From Candidatus Omnitrophota bacterium (GTDB lineage: Bacteria > Omnitrophota > Gorgyraeia > Gygaellales > Profunditerraquicolaceae): a DNA stretch of 64,000 nucleotides. Positions 21,695 to 31,777 of this stretch are shown in pieces. The notes under the pieces were generated by a model, which was not told the origin of the DNA, did not search any database, and was given only the letters and a program-made list of their open reading frames with translations. The stretch covers positions 84,243-148,242 of the forward strand of contig JACQXK010000004.1 in the NCBI GenBank assembly GCA_016208765.1, in the 5' to 3' direction. A program made the translations under genes and the position numbers. Within the stretch, counting starts at the first letter, position 1; each line of letters starts with the position of its first letter.

Positions 21695-22096
21695 TCAGGC
21701 ATTTGTTACCAAGAAATTCTTCTCCGATAACACGGAAAACTCATTAACCATATTTACAAGAGTTAGAATTGAAAATGGTTTTTCTAAATAACAATCCGCC
21801 CCTAAAATATGCGCAAAAAGCTTATCCTGAGGGCTGTTTTTAGCACTTACTACGATCACAAACACAGCAGAATTATTATTAGCCTTAAGCTCGCGGCAGA
21901 TCTGAAATCCATCTATACCCGGGAGCATAAGGTCTAAAATCACAATTCCAAATTGATCCTCTTTTAAAAGCCTCTGCGCCTGATAACCGTCATGGGCCTC
22001 TTTAACAGAGAAACCTTCTTTTTGCAAATTATAGTAAATTAACCTGCTGATATCCTTATCATCCTCAACAATAAGCGCTTTGCGCATACAAGACAT
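21695..22096 (-). CDS. Single-domain response regulator (CheY-like receiver)
   Basis: Receiver motifs LIVEDD...D-loop ILDLMLPGIDG...KP. There is no output domain. Confidence 0.75.
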   Translation of the reverse strand: MSCMRKALIVEDDKDISRLIYYNLQKEGFSVKEAHDGYQAQRLLKEDQFGIVILDLMLPGIDGFQICRELKANNNSAVFVIVVSAKNSPQDKLFAHILGADCYLEKPFSILTLVNMVNEFSVLSEKNFLVTNA

Positions 22097-22260
22097 CCTT
22101 TTTGTTCTTAAGCATACTGCCTATAAAAGGTATCAAGAGTTTGATTTTCCTCATTGATAACTTTTACAAGGTATTCTTTAATCACCTTTAATATTTTTTT
22201 CATCATGGCAAAAGTATAAGTTATGGGAGTTAAGGATGTTTGAAGGTAATGTAAAATGCG

Positions 22261-22410
22261 GGTAAATTCGCGGATTGGATTATTTAGATCCTTCAGTCGG
22301 CTTTAGGCCTCCTTCAGGATGACTGAAGCATGGCTCATTCATGATGACGAATATTGCCATTCTGAGTTGTAGCGGACGTTTAAACGTCCGCTACTGTGCC
22401 TTACAGGAGT
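22261..22410. other. Structured intergenic region containing a 26-nt perfect palindrome and competing helices
   Basis: gtagcggacgtttaaacgtccgctac at 22369-22394. CTTCAGTC...GACTGAAG (8 bp) competes with CTTCAG...CTGAAG. There is also a weaker Pho-box-like repeat TGTAAAA-tgcg-GGTAAAT at 22250-22267. Confidence 0.35.
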
Positions 22411-22450
22411 ATTTTTCAAGAAGTTAAACTGTTACTTGAATAAAAAGCGG

Positions 22451-22924
22451 TTATTCGCGGCTGATACTAAGGATTTTGTAACGAAGTTTTCCTGCAGGGA
22501 CACTTATTTCTGCAACATCATTTATCTTGCGGTTTAAAAGCCCGGAACCCACGGGCGAGGTGATAGAAATTTTATTCTGTTCATAATCAGATTCGTCCTC
22601 GGAAACTAAAGTATACTCAAGCTCTTCATCTGTATCTAAATCTTTTAATTTTACAGTAGCTCCAATTAAAACTTCATCACAAGACATTCCAACATCTTCA
22701 ATAATATGCGCGCCTGCTAATTTTGACTCAAGCTGATTAATCCTTGCCTCGTTATGCGCCTGAGCCTCTTTTGCTGCATCAAACTCGGAATTCTCAGAGA
22801 TATCCCCATGCGCGCGCGCCTCAGCAATTGCCTTGGATATTTCTTTTCTCTTTGTCTTCTTTAGATATTCCAGCTCTTCCATTAATTTTTGATATCCATT
22901 TTTAGTCAAATATGCTCCACTCAT
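22451..22924 (-). CDS. greA: Transcription elongation factor GreA
   Basis: 157 aa; N-terminal coiled coil with the DxxENxExxxAK motif (GDISENSEFDAAKEAQ). Confidence 0.85.
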   Translation of the reverse strand: MSGAYLTKNGYQKLMEELEYLKKTKRKEISKAIAEARAHGDISENSEFDAAKEAQAHNEARINQLESKLAGAHIIEDVGMSCDEVLIGATVKLKDLDTDEELEYTLVSEDESDYEQNKISITSPVGSGLLNRKINDVAEISVPAGKLRYKILSISRE

Positions 22925-22929
22925 AAAAA

Positions 22930-24144
22930 TCAGGCCTCCTTAATTACCTTAAGCAGAATAAACCAAAATTTAGAACCTGCCCCCTCAAGGCTCTCCACTC
23001 CTACGCTTCCGCCATGCGCCTCTATGATATGTTTTACAATGGAAAGCCCTAAACCGGTGCCGCCTAATTCGCGCGAACGCGCCTTGTCAACACGATAAAA
23101 ACGCTCAAAGATCCTCGCTAAGTCCTTTTCTGGAATACCCATTCCAGTGTCTTCCACAATTATCTTTACCTTACCATCAAAATCCTGATGAGAAATGTTA
23201 ATTGTGCCTTGTGAACGATTAAATTTTATTGCATTATCCACTAAATTAACCAACACCTGCTCTATTTTAGCAGAATCAGCATTAACGAATAATTCTCCGG
23301 GCAGTTGATTTTCGGCGCTGACACCTTTTGCCTTAAACTGCGATTTAAAACCCTCCAAAACTTTATCAAGCAGTTGAGATATATTTGTTTTTTCAAGATT
23401 CAACGCCAAAGCCTTAGACTCAAGGTACGCCAAACTTAAAAGATCATTGATCAAACCGTCAAGACGGATTGTATGCTCATGGATAATTTCCAGGAAATTC
23501 CGGCTGTTTTCTCTATCCTCTATTGCGCCTTCTAAAAGTGTTTCCACAAAACCCTTAATTGAAGTAAGAGGGGTTTTTAGCTCATGCGAAACATTAGCCA
23601 CAAATTCCCTGCGCATTGCCTCAAGCTTTCTGATTTCTGTAATATCATGAATAACAATTAAACAACCGCTTATGGAACGCTCGCCGATAATGATTGCGGA
23701 GGCATTGATACTAAATATCCTCTGCACCGGCCAAACCAAAGACAATTCTTGAGAAATAAAACCTCCGCTTGTTAATACTTTGTTTGCGATTTCGGCGATA
23801 TCATTATTGCGGATCGCCTCAAGCAAATACCTGCCTTCCGCTTCTGACTTTTTAATACCGAATATATTTTCAGTTGCCGGATTTATAGAAATCACCTTTG
23901 CGTCCTTATCTATTGCCAAAACCCCTTCAATCATATTATCCAAGATGGCAACAGACTTTTTATTTTCCTGCTCAAGAAAAGCAATTCTTTTGGTAAATGC
24001 TCCGATAAGATTATTTATGGCAGAAACCAGCGGCGAAAGGCTTATCCCAGAGGAAAGCTCAACCTTTTCGTTTAGGCTGTCTTGAGAAATTTTATCAAGA
24101 CCGGTAATAAGAGATTTTATTTGTTTATTTGTAGCAAAAATCAT
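22930..24144 (-). CDS. phoR: Sensor histidine kinase (PAS-HisKA-HATPase), PhoR-like by context
   Basis: H-box FVANVSHELKTPLTSI, N-box VDNAIKF and G-boxes DTGMGI / GGTGLGLSI. The gene is adjacent to phoB-like and pst genes. Confidence 0.65.
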   Translation of the reverse strand: MIFATNKQIKSLITGLDKISQDSLNEKVELSSGISLSPLVSAINNLIGAFTKRIAFLEQENKKSVAILDNMIEGVLAIDKDAKVISINPATENIFGIKKSEAEGRYLLEAIRNNDIAEIANKVLTSGGFISQELSLVWPVQRIFSINASAIIIGERSISGCLIVIHDITEIRKLEAMRREFVANVSHELKTPLTSIKGFVETLLEGAIEDRENSRNFLEIIHEHTIRLDGLINDLLSLAYLESKALALNLEKTNISQLLDKVLEGFKSQFKAKGVSAENQLPGELFVNADSAKIEQVLVNLVDNAIKFNRSQGTINISHQDFDGKVKIIVEDTGMGIPEKDLARIFERFYRVDKARSRELGGTGLGLSIVKHIIEAHGGSVGVESLEGAGSKFWFILLKVIKEA

Positions 24145-24147
24145 GAA

Positions 24148-24843
24148 TTAATCCTCATCAAATTCAAAACGATACCCGTAATTCTTAACTGTAATAATGC
24201 GTTTTGACTGATTCTTTAACTTTTTGCGCAAAGACATAATGTGTACGTCTACGGTACGTGTTTGGATTTCCATGGCATGATCATAACCCCAGATAGAATC
24301 CAGAAGAAAATCCCGCGACAACACCCTTCCTTTTGCCTTAATTAAAGTAGTTAAGAGTTCAAATTCTTTTGATGAAAGAACAATTTGTTTTCCATTAACA
24401 AACACCTGAATTTTGGAAAAATCAATAGAAATACTGCCTATTTTCGTAATCTCCGCAGGCTTTTCGCTTTCCTTGCCCCTGCGCAACACCACCTTTACCC
24501 GCGCAATCAGCTCGCGAATACTAAACGGCTTAGTAATATAATCATCAGCTCCCAATTCAAGGCCGATAACTTTATCTGCTTCCTGCGATTTTGCAGTAAG
24601 CATGATCACCGGGATACCTGCGGTCTTTTCTTCTTTCTTAAGTTGTTTACACACCTCCAAGCCGTCAATCTCAGGGAGCATCAGGTCCAAGAGAATCAAA
24701 TCAGGGCGCTCTCTTCTGGCCAAATCCAAGGCATCTTCACCGTCATAAGCAAGGGCGGTGCGGAATCCTTCTTTTTTTAAGTTATAATCCAGCATCTTCA
24801 CAATATCTTTTTCGTCATCTACAATTAAAATTTTTTCTTTCAT
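24148..24843 (-). CDS. phoB: OmpR/PhoB-family response regulator
   Basis: Receiver domain plus the winged-helix trans_reg_C domain (...RVDVHIMSLRKKL...). Confidence 0.7.
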   Translation of the reverse strand: MKEKILIVDDEKDIVKMLDYNLKKEGFRTALAYDGEDALDLARRERPDLILLDLMLPEIDGLEVCKQLKKEEKTAGIPVIMLTAKSQEADKVIGLELGADDYITKPFSIRELIARVKVVLRRGKESEKPAEITKIGSISIDFSKIQVFVNGKQIVLSSKEFELLTTLIKAKGRVLSRDFLLDSIWGYDHAMEIQTRTVDVHIMSLRKKLKNQSKRIITVKNYGYRFEFDED

Positions 24844-25514
24844 TTTTCCTTACTCCTGCAGGCATTAACGCACACGCCGCAAATATACTGGTCAACTAAA
24901 CGCTGTTTCTGAAAATCCTTTAGCTTCTCAAAACAAACCAGATGATCAAACTCTGCCGGATTATTCTTAATTGCACCAGCCGGGCATATTTTAACACAAC
25001 AAAAACAATCTCCACAGTTATCTTTCCCCGGATTGTCAGCTTTAAGAGGGAAATTAGTTAGAATTGTAACCAGGCGTAACTGGCTGCCGAATTTCTTGTT
25101 TACCAATAAATTATTTCTCCCCAACCATCCAAGGCCGGCTAACTCTCCTATTTTCTTATGAGAAAGATGCCCGGTTTGCTTTTGCCAATCAAGTATCTGC
25201 GAAGCAGGGATAGGAAGCGCTTTGAAACCCTTGCCTTGAATATAATTAACCAGCCGCAATGAAACCTGGTCAAGAGCATTATTTACCTGACGGTAATGAT
25301 GAAAATATAATCTCGTCGGAGAATCTGAGATCTCCTGAAGTACTGCCTGGGAAAGCCTGATGCCAAGACTAATAGCATAGTCCAGATTGTTTACTACTTC
25401 CGGCTTTAATACAAATTCATGGCGGATTTTCTTGATATCTGCCACACCAAACAAATCCACTCCTAAGCCTTGGCAGAATTTCTTAACTAATAAATAATTC
25501 TTCTTTTTATCCAT
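24840..25514 (-). CDS. queG: Epoxyqueuosine reductase QueG-like 4Fe-4S protein (short form)
   Basis: HKKIGELAGLGWLGRNNLLV matches the QueG HxxxAGLGxxGKNxLL motif. 4Fe-4S ferredoxin cysteines CGDCFCCVKICP...CGVCVNAC are present. Confidence 0.5.
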   Translation of the reverse strand: MDKKKNYLLVKKFCQGLGVDLFGVADIKKIRHEFVLKPEVVNNLDYAISLGIRLSQAVLQEISDSPTRLYFHHYRQVNNALDQVSLRLVNYIQGKGFKALPIPASQILDWQKQTGHLSHKKIGELAGLGWLGRNNLLVNKKFGSQLRLVTILTNFPLKADNPGKDNCGDCFCCVKICPAGAIKNNPAEFDHLVCFEKLKDFQKQRLVDQYICGVCVNACRSKEK

Positions 25515-27367
25515 TAAATCTTTCTTAAATAAACCATTAATATTGAAATCGCAGCCGGAGTAACTCCGGAAATCCTTGAAGCCTGGCCTAAATTCATCGG
25601 TTTAAATTTATTCAGTTTCTCTTTTATCTCGCGCGAAAGCCCAGGGATAACAGCATAATCTAAATCTTGCGCCAGCTTAATTTTTTCTAAATCTTTAAAC
25701 CTTTCCACTTCAACAAACTGGCGCTTGATAAACCCAGTATATTTTACCTCAATCTCAACCTGGCGCAAAGCAAATTCCGGGATCTTTTGGCCCACACCTG
25801 GCATACGCATTAAATCATGCAAGCTGACTTGCGGCCTTTTAAGAATATCCTCAAGAGTAGCCGGATTGCGCAGGCAAGGTGTGCCTAAATTCTCCAGAAA
25901 TTCATTCACCTGCTGATTAGGAGTAATCCTGTGAGAACGCAAAAATTTTATCCCATCTTCAATTTCCTGTTGTTTGGCTTGGGCATCTTTAAGTTCGGCT
26001 TCAGAAATTAAACCCAAATCATGCCCGATTTTTCTCAAACGTAAATCCGCGTTATCCTCGCGCAAAATCAAGCGGTATTCTACGCGGGATGTAAACATCC
26101 GATAAGGCTCTTGTGTGCCTTTTGTGGTTAAATCATCAACCAGGACCCCGATGTAACTATTTGCGCGCGTAAGGACCAGGGGGTCTTTTTCTTTTGCCCG
26201 CAAACCGGCATTGATCCCGGCAACTAAGCCCTGAGCTGCCGCCTCCTCATAACCGGTAGTCCCGTTAATCTGGCCGGCAATATATAAATTCCGGATTATT
26301 TTTGATTCTAAGGTGGGGAAAAGCTGGGTGGAATCAACCACAGTATGCTCAATACCATAACCAAAACGAATAACCCGCGCTTTTTCAAGGCCTTCAACAG
26401 AGTGTATAATTTCAAGCTGCACATCTTCAGGAAAACTTGTGGAGAGGCCATTGGGATAAACCTCGTCGGTATTTAATCCTTGCGGCTCAAGAAAAACCTG
26501 GTGGCGCTCTCTATCAGAGAACTTAACAATCTTATCCTCAATAGAAGGGCAATACCGCACGCCGGTGGCCTTAATAATCCCTGCATAAAGCGGAGAACGA
26601 TCAAGGTTATCTAAAATGATCTTATGCGTAGAAGGATTAGTATAGGTAATATAACAGGGAACTTGCTCTTGCCGGATTAATTTAGTAGAGAAAGAAAATG
26701 GCTGAGGCGGATTATCTCCGTTTTGTATAATTAATTTTGTGAAATCTATTGTATTTTTATCTAAACGCGGGCAGGTCCCGGTTTTAAACCTGAAAAGATT
26801 AAATCCAAGGCTTTTTAAGCTATCTGCAAGCTGGCTACTTGCCGGTTCATTTATCCTGCCACCACTAATTTTATTTAAGCCAATATGAATTATCCCGTCT
26901 AAGAACGTACCCGGGCAAACTACCACACAATCTGAAAGGATTTCTTCTTTCTTGCCTGTGATAACTCCGTAAACCTGAGATCCTCTGACAATTAAATCTT
27001 TAACCTCTGCCTCAACTATTTCAAGATTCTTCTGCCCGGAAACAACGCGCTGCATATATTGCTGATACAATTGCATGTCTACCTGCGCGCGGCTTGATTG
27101 CACTGCAGCGCCTTTAGAGGCATTCAAGATCCTGAATTGAATCCCGCTAAAATCAGCAGCCTTGGCCATCTCTCCTCCCAGGGCATCAATTTCTTTTACT
27201 AATTGGCCCTTACCAACTCCGCCGATTGCAGGATTACAGCTTAAAGCTCCGATGGTATTACGGTTTAAAGTCAGTATTGCTGTGTTAAGGCCCACCCTCG
27301 CGCAGCAAAGCGCTGCTTCAATACCAGCATGCCCGGCGCCAATAACTACGACATCATACTTATCCAT
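25514..27367 (-). CDS. mnmG: tRNA uridine 5-carboxymethylaminomethyl modification enzyme MnmG (GidA)
   Basis: N-terminal FAD motif YDVVVIGAGHAGIEAA, 617 aa, conserved throughout. Confidence 0.9.
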   Translation of the reverse strand: MDKYDVVVIGAGHAGIEAALCCARVGLNTAILTLNRNTIGALSCNPAIGGVGKGQLVKEIDALGGEMAKAADFSGIQFRILNASKGAAVQSSRAQVDMQLYQQYMQRVVSGQKNLEIVEAEVKDLIVRGSQVYGVITGKKEEILSDCVVVCPGTFLDGIIHIGLNKISGGRINEPASSQLADSLKSLGFNLFRFKTGTCPRLDKNTIDFTKLIIQNGDNPPQPFSFSTKLIRQEQVPCYITYTNPSTHKIILDNLDRSPLYAGIIKATGVRYCPSIEDKIVKFSDRERHQVFLEPQGLNTDEVYPNGLSTSFPEDVQLEIIHSVEGLEKARVIRFGYGIEHTVVDSTQLFPTLESKIIRNLYIAGQINGTTGYEEAAAQGLVAGINAGLRAKEKDPLVLTRANSYIGVLVDDLTTKGTQEPYRMFTSRVEYRLILREDNADLRLRKIGHDLGLISEAELKDAQAKQQEIEDGIKFLRSHRITPNQQVNEFLENLGTPCLRNPATLEDILKRPQVSLHDLMRMPGVGQKIPEFALRQVEIEVKYTGFIKRQFVEVERFKDLEKIKLAQDLDYAVIPGLSREIKEKLNKFKPMNLGQASRISGVTPAAISILMVYLRKI

Positions 27368-27383
27368 ATTTAAGTTAGTAAGT

Positions 27384-27999
27384 TAGGGACGGTTCTGAAA
27401 CACGGTTAAAAGTGTCCCTCTTCTAATAAATTTTATGTTAGAAATTGATATTTTTTGTGTCTATTATAATAGGAGGTGGTCAATATGCCAAGACAGGCAC
27501 GAATTATAACGGAAAATGGTTGTTATCATGTTATCACACGAGGCAACCAAAAACAATTGGTTTTTAAAGAGTTGAGCGATTATGAAATGTACTTAAGCAT
27601 TGTTTCCAAATATAAAAGGAAGTATAATTTTAAACTCTACTCTTTCTGCTTAATGCCTAATCATATACACTTGCTTTTAGAAGTAAACAACCCTTATTTT
27701 CTCAAAAAAGTTATGCATGGGCTGAATTTGAGCTACACGATATACTTTAATTCAAAATATGATAAGGTGGGGCATCTTTGGCAAGACAGATTTAAAAGTA
27801 AAATTATTCAAAAAGATGAATATTTAGCAGAGTGCATGAAGTATATAGAAACAAATCCGATGAGAGCATCTTTAGCTAAAAACATAACTACTTGGCGGTG
27901 GAGTAGCTATGTTTTCAAGTTAGAAAACAATTCCCTAATAGACGAGCTTACTATCTAATTAAGGGGACACTTTTAAGCGCAATTCAGAACCGTCCCTAA
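27384..27999 (+). mobile_element. REP-associated tyrosine transposase (RAYT) unit flanked by REP inverted arms
   Basis: Left arm tagggacggttctgaaacacggttaaaagtgtccct at 27384-27420. The right arm at 27963-27999 is its reverse complement. Each arm carries the internal palindrome AGGGAC...GTCCCT. Confidence 0.8.
27476..27958 (+). CDS. REP-associated tyrosine transposase (IS200/IS605 TnpA-like Y1 HUH enzyme)
   Basis: HUH motif NHIHLLL and the Y1 region (...KYDKVGHLWQDRF...); 160 aa. This is the only substantial plus-strand gene in the window. Confidence 0.75.
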   Translation: MVNMPRQARIITENGCYHVITRGNQKQLVFKELSDYEMYLSIVSKYKRKYNFKLYSFCLMPNHIHLLLEVNNPYFLKKVMHGLNLSYTIYFNSKYDKVGHLWQDRFKSKIIQKDEYLAECMKYIETNPMRASLAKNITTWRWSSYVFKLENNSLIDELTI

Positions 28000-29282
28000 C
28001 TTAAAGAGGCTAATTTTACAAGAAGCGGCATGATATCCTGTCCCATGATCTCACCGATAGAGCCATCTTTTGCGGCTTTTTCCGAGAAATTCTTTGTGCC
28101 ATCAGGCTTGATAGAACCTCCACAAACTAAAATCGGCACAGGGTCAGCAGTATGGGCCTTAACTTTGCAGGCAGTTGAGTGATCTGCAGTAACAGCGACT
28201 ATAGTATTGTTTAAATCTAATTTTGCCAAAAGATTCGTAAAAAAATACTTGTCAATAGCGTCAATACTTTCCTTTTTTTTCATGAAATCACCGTCGTGCG
28301 CCGGCTCATCAGGGCCTTTAATATGCACATAAATACCGTCGTATTTGCCGATAGATTCAAGTGCAAGCTTTGCCCAAATCGGATAATCCACTTCTGGCTT
28401 TGAACTTGATTCCGGGACATCAATAATTTCTATACCGGTTAATAACGCGATGCCTTTTTCTACGGGCATCTGCACAAAAGAACCAAACTTTAAATTAAAC
28501 AAACTCTTAATCGGAGGGAACACCGGCAGATGGTCTCCGGCATCGCGCGACAAAATTACATTCCCCGGCATTTTGCCTTCACTAACGCGCTTTTTATTTA
28601 CCGCGGAGTCATTTAACACTTTGTTTGACTTTTGCGTAAATTCATTTAAAAGAAGCGCTGCGGCTTTAGCCTCGGGGTTATTTTCATATCCGGGCATAGG
28701 CTCTGAAACAGCAACAAAATTCTCAAACTTTTCTTTGGCAACCCCAAAAACCCCTTCTCTGTCATATGCAGGATCTGTATTTGTGATCCAACCGCTTAAT
28801 TTGGAACGGATCCCGCGGATCACCAAGACGCCGCGATGCCCTATGGTATTCTTAAATTCAAATGTTCCACCTGACAAAGTAACCTTAGTATTAATTTCCT
28901 TTGCAAGCTCGGTTGCTTCTTCGGTGGTAAGATTCCTTCCCACACGCCTGTCCTTAATTGCTTTGCCGTCAGCGGCAACTGTTGCAAAATTAACCCTGAA
29001 TGCCACATCGCCGCTATTAACCTTTATGCCTTCGGCAAAAGACTCCAGCGGGCCGCGGCCGGTATAATATTTATGCGCATCATAACCTAACAAACTTATT
29101 ACCGCAATATCAGACTCAGGGGCAATACCCTTTGCAACCGTATACACCAAACCAGTCCTGCCTTTTTGGCAAAGCCCGTCCATATTAGGCGTTAGCGCTG
29201 CCTCAAGCGGGGTTTTGTTGCCTAATTCTGCAATAGGCTGATCGCCCAAACCGTCAAGCACGATGTAAACTATCTTCTTCAT
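27996..29282 (-). CDS. apgM: 2,3-bisphosphoglycerate-independent phosphoglycerate mutase, archaeal type (ApgM)
   Basis: N-terminal VLDGLGD metal site, 428 aa, alkaline-phosphatase-superfamily pattern. The stop codon lies inside the right REP arm. Confidence 0.75.
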   Translation of the reverse strand: MKKIVYIVLDGLGDQPIAELGNKTPLEAALTPNMDGLCQKGRTGLVYTVAKGIAPESDIAVISLLGYDAHKYYTGRGPLESFAEGIKVNSGDVAFRVNFATVAADGKAIKDRRVGRNLTTEEATELAKEINTKVTLSGGTFEFKNTIGHRGVLVIRGIRSKLSGWITNTDPAYDREGVFGVAKEKFENFVAVSEPMPGYENNPEAKAAALLLNEFTQKSNKVLNDSAVNKKRVSEGKMPGNVILSRDAGDHLPVFPPIKSLFNLKFGSFVQMPVEKGIALLTGIEIIDVPESSSKPEVDYPIWAKLALESIGKYDGIYVHIKGPDEPAHDGDFMKKKESIDAIDKYFFTNLLAKLDLNNTIVAVTADHSTACKVKAHTADPVPILVCGGSIKPDGTKNFSEKAAKDGSIGEIMGQDIMPLLVKLASLS

Positions 29283-29323
29283 GATTTATCTCCAATCTAA
29301 ATATTTGTTATTGAATAACTAAT

Positions 29324-31624
29324 TTAACACTTTGAAAAACCGCAGGCATAACACTTCATACAGCCTTCTTCATGACGAAGCGCTCCGCCGCAATCAGGAC
29401 AAACTCCAACAATATTACCGTGCTCCTCAAGCAAAGAGGTTCCGTTTTCATCATCGCTGGAATGTTTCATTGCTAAAGCTGATGCCTCAACATTTACATT
29501 TAAATGCTGGCTGTTTAAGAGCCTTTTTTCAACTACACGGGCAATTGCATCAGCACAAGAAAAAATCCTCTGGCCCTTTTCCCATGAAGGGCTTGGGCAA
29601 CGGATATTGCGCAACTGCTCAATAATTGACTTTACTTCAATACCTGAACGAAAACCCAAAGACACCAAACGGCCGATTGCTTCAAGCTGGCTTGCTGCGC
29701 AACCGCCGGCTTTCCCCATCTGGGTAAACAACTCAAAGGGCTTTCCTTTTTCATCCTCGTTGATAGTAACATAAAGATTACCACATCCTGTGGCAACCTT
29801 AGTGGTCGTTCCAATGGTAACTTCCGGCCGCGGACGGGGAGCAATCTCTTTTAACGGCTGCGAAGATTCCTGCGGCTTATTTTTATCATCCTTACGCATA
29901 ATATTTAAAACCTGCTCTTCGCGGCTTCCGTCGCGATAAATAGTAATTCCTTTACATCCTAACTCATAGGCCAACAAATATGCCCCGCGCACATCTTCCA
30001 TTGTTGCATCGTGGGTAAAGTTAATTGTTTTAGAGGTAGCATTATGCACACATTTCTGAAATGCAGCCTGCATGCGCACGTGCCACTCAGGAGAAATATC
30101 ATGGGAGACAACAAAAATCTTTTTCACATCCTCAGGGATCCCCTCTACATGCTGCACAGAACCGCTCTCAGCAATTTTTTCCATCAGTTCTCTGGTGTAA
30201 AAACCGCGCTCTTTGGCGATTTCTTCAAAAAGCGGCTCTGTTTCTACAAGCTTATCATTATCCATAACATTACGGTAAAAAGAAACTGCGAATAGCGGCT
30301 CAACCCCGGAGGAGCATGGCCCTGCGATAATACTGATAGTTCCCGTCGGAGCAATGGTAGTGATGGTGGCATTACGCATCTTTAGCGGAGAATCCTTTTT
30401 ATCATAAATGCTGTCTTTAAACGCGGGAAAAACGCCCTTTTGAGCAGCAAGTTCCTGCGACTTTTTCATGCCCTCGGTCATAATAAAACACATTACTTTC
30501 TCAGCCAAAGCTACCGCCTCTTCGCTATTATAAGGAATGCCCATGCGGATCAAAAGGCTTGCCCAGCCCATTACGCCCAAGCCGATTTTACGCGTCGCCT
30601 TTGTGGCCTTTTCTATTTCAGGAAGAGGAAACTTGTTTACATCAATTAAGTTATCCAAAAAGTGAACAGCAAGCCGGGTTACTTCTTTTAACCTGTCCCA
30701 ATCAACTTCGTAACGGGTGCCGATCTTTTTGTAAAGTTTTACCAGGTTAATTGAACCAAGGTCGCAGCTCTCATACGGCAGAAGCGGCTGCTCACCGCAG
30801 GGATTTGTGCTTTCAATGGCTCCAAGCTTTGGGGTCGGGTTACCCTGATTTAAACGATCAATAAAAATAATGCCGGGTTCTCCATTTTTATGCGCCTGCT
30901 TTACCACTAAATCAAAAACTTCTTTGGGATTGATCTTCCTGACAAACTCGTTGCCGTGGGGATCAATTAAATCATACTCTTTTTGCTCCTGCAGATTTTT
31001 CATAAAATCATCGGTAATAGCCACAGAAATATTAAAATTGTTTATCTGATCGTTGTTCTCTTTGCAGCAAATAAATTCCAGTATGTCCGGATGATCCACG
31101 CGAAGGATGCCCATATTCGCTCCGCGGCGGGTTCCACCTTGCTTGACCGCCTCGGTTGCTGCATCATAAACCTTCATAAATGATACCGGGCCGGAAGCAA
31201 CTCCTCCGGTTGAACGCACCACTGAATTCTTTGCACGAAGCCGCGAAAAAGAAAAACCTGTTCCTCCGCCTGATTTATGGATCATCGCAGTTGCTTTTAA
31301 GGTCTCAAAAATTGATTCCATTGAATCATTAACAGGAAGCGTAAAACAGGCAGACAACTGCCCAAGCTCTTTTCCGGCATTCATCAGGCAGGGTGAATTT
31401 GGCAAAAATTCTAAGCTCGTCATAATACGATAAAATGAATCCCTGATTTTTTCAACCTCCTGAGCATTCTTGCCATAAAGCCTGTCTGCATCAGCAATGG
31501 CAGCAGCAACCCGCTTAAACATGCCATCCGGAGTTTCTATCACCTTTCCCTTTTCGTCTTTCTTAAGATACCTGCGCTCTAACACCTTAATTGCATTTTC
31601 AGATAACTCTAAACTCATACCCAC
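29324..31624 (-). CDS. nrdJ: Adenosylcobalamin-dependent ribonucleotide reductase (class II, NrdJ)
   Basis: 766 aa; active-site region LEFLPNSPCLMNAG; C-terminal zinc-ribbon CPDCGG...CMKCYACGFSKC. Confidence 0.85.
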   Translation of the reverse strand: MGMSLELSENAIKVLERRYLKKDEKGKVIETPDGMFKRVAAAIADADRLYGKNAQEVEKIRDSFYRIMTSLEFLPNSPCLMNAGKELGQLSACFTLPVNDSMESIFETLKATAMIHKSGGGTGFSFSRLRAKNSVVRSTGGVASGPVSFMKVYDAATEAVKQGGTRRGANMGILRVDHPDILEFICCKENNDQINNFNISVAITDDFMKNLQEQKEYDLIDPHGNEFVRKINPKEVFDLVVKQAHKNGEPGIIFIDRLNQGNPTPKLGAIESTNPCGEQPLLPYESCDLGSINLVKLYKKIGTRYEVDWDRLKEVTRLAVHFLDNLIDVNKFPLPEIEKATKATRKIGLGVMGWASLLIRMGIPYNSEEAVALAEKVMCFIMTEGMKKSQELAAQKGVFPAFKDSIYDKKDSPLKMRNATITTIAPTGTISIIAGPCSSGVEPLFAVSFYRNVMDNDKLVETEPLFEEIAKERGFYTRELMEKIAESGSVQHVEGIPEDVKKIFVVSHDISPEWHVRMQAAFQKCVHNATSKTINFTHDATMEDVRGAYLLAYELGCKGITIYRDGSREEQVLNIMRKDDKNKPQESSQPLKEIAPRPRPEVTIGTTTKVATGCGNLYVTINEDEKGKPFELFTQMGKAGGCAASQLEAIGRLVSLGFRSGIEVKSIIEQLRNIRCPSPSWEKGQRIFSCADAIARVVEKRLLNSQHLNVNVEASALAMKHSSDDENGTSLLEEHGNIVGVCPDCGGALRHEEGCMKCYACGFSKC

Positions 31625-31777
31625 CTCCTCGCAGAAAAACTTTCTCTGAATTTGTCAAATCTAAAACAAAGTATAGCAATCTTATAAAAAACTGTCAATA
31701 GAAAAAATACAATATATGGTGTCCATATCATGGCAGGATACAATAAGTTGTGCCGACGGAAGAATAATTTAAACGAG

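Noticed and set aside
22097-22450. tRNA or other small RNA gene in the long greA-RR intergenic region
   Set aside because: No cloverleaf, T-loop (GTTCRANYC) or anticodon arm could be fitted. The region is retained only as a structured region of unknown function.
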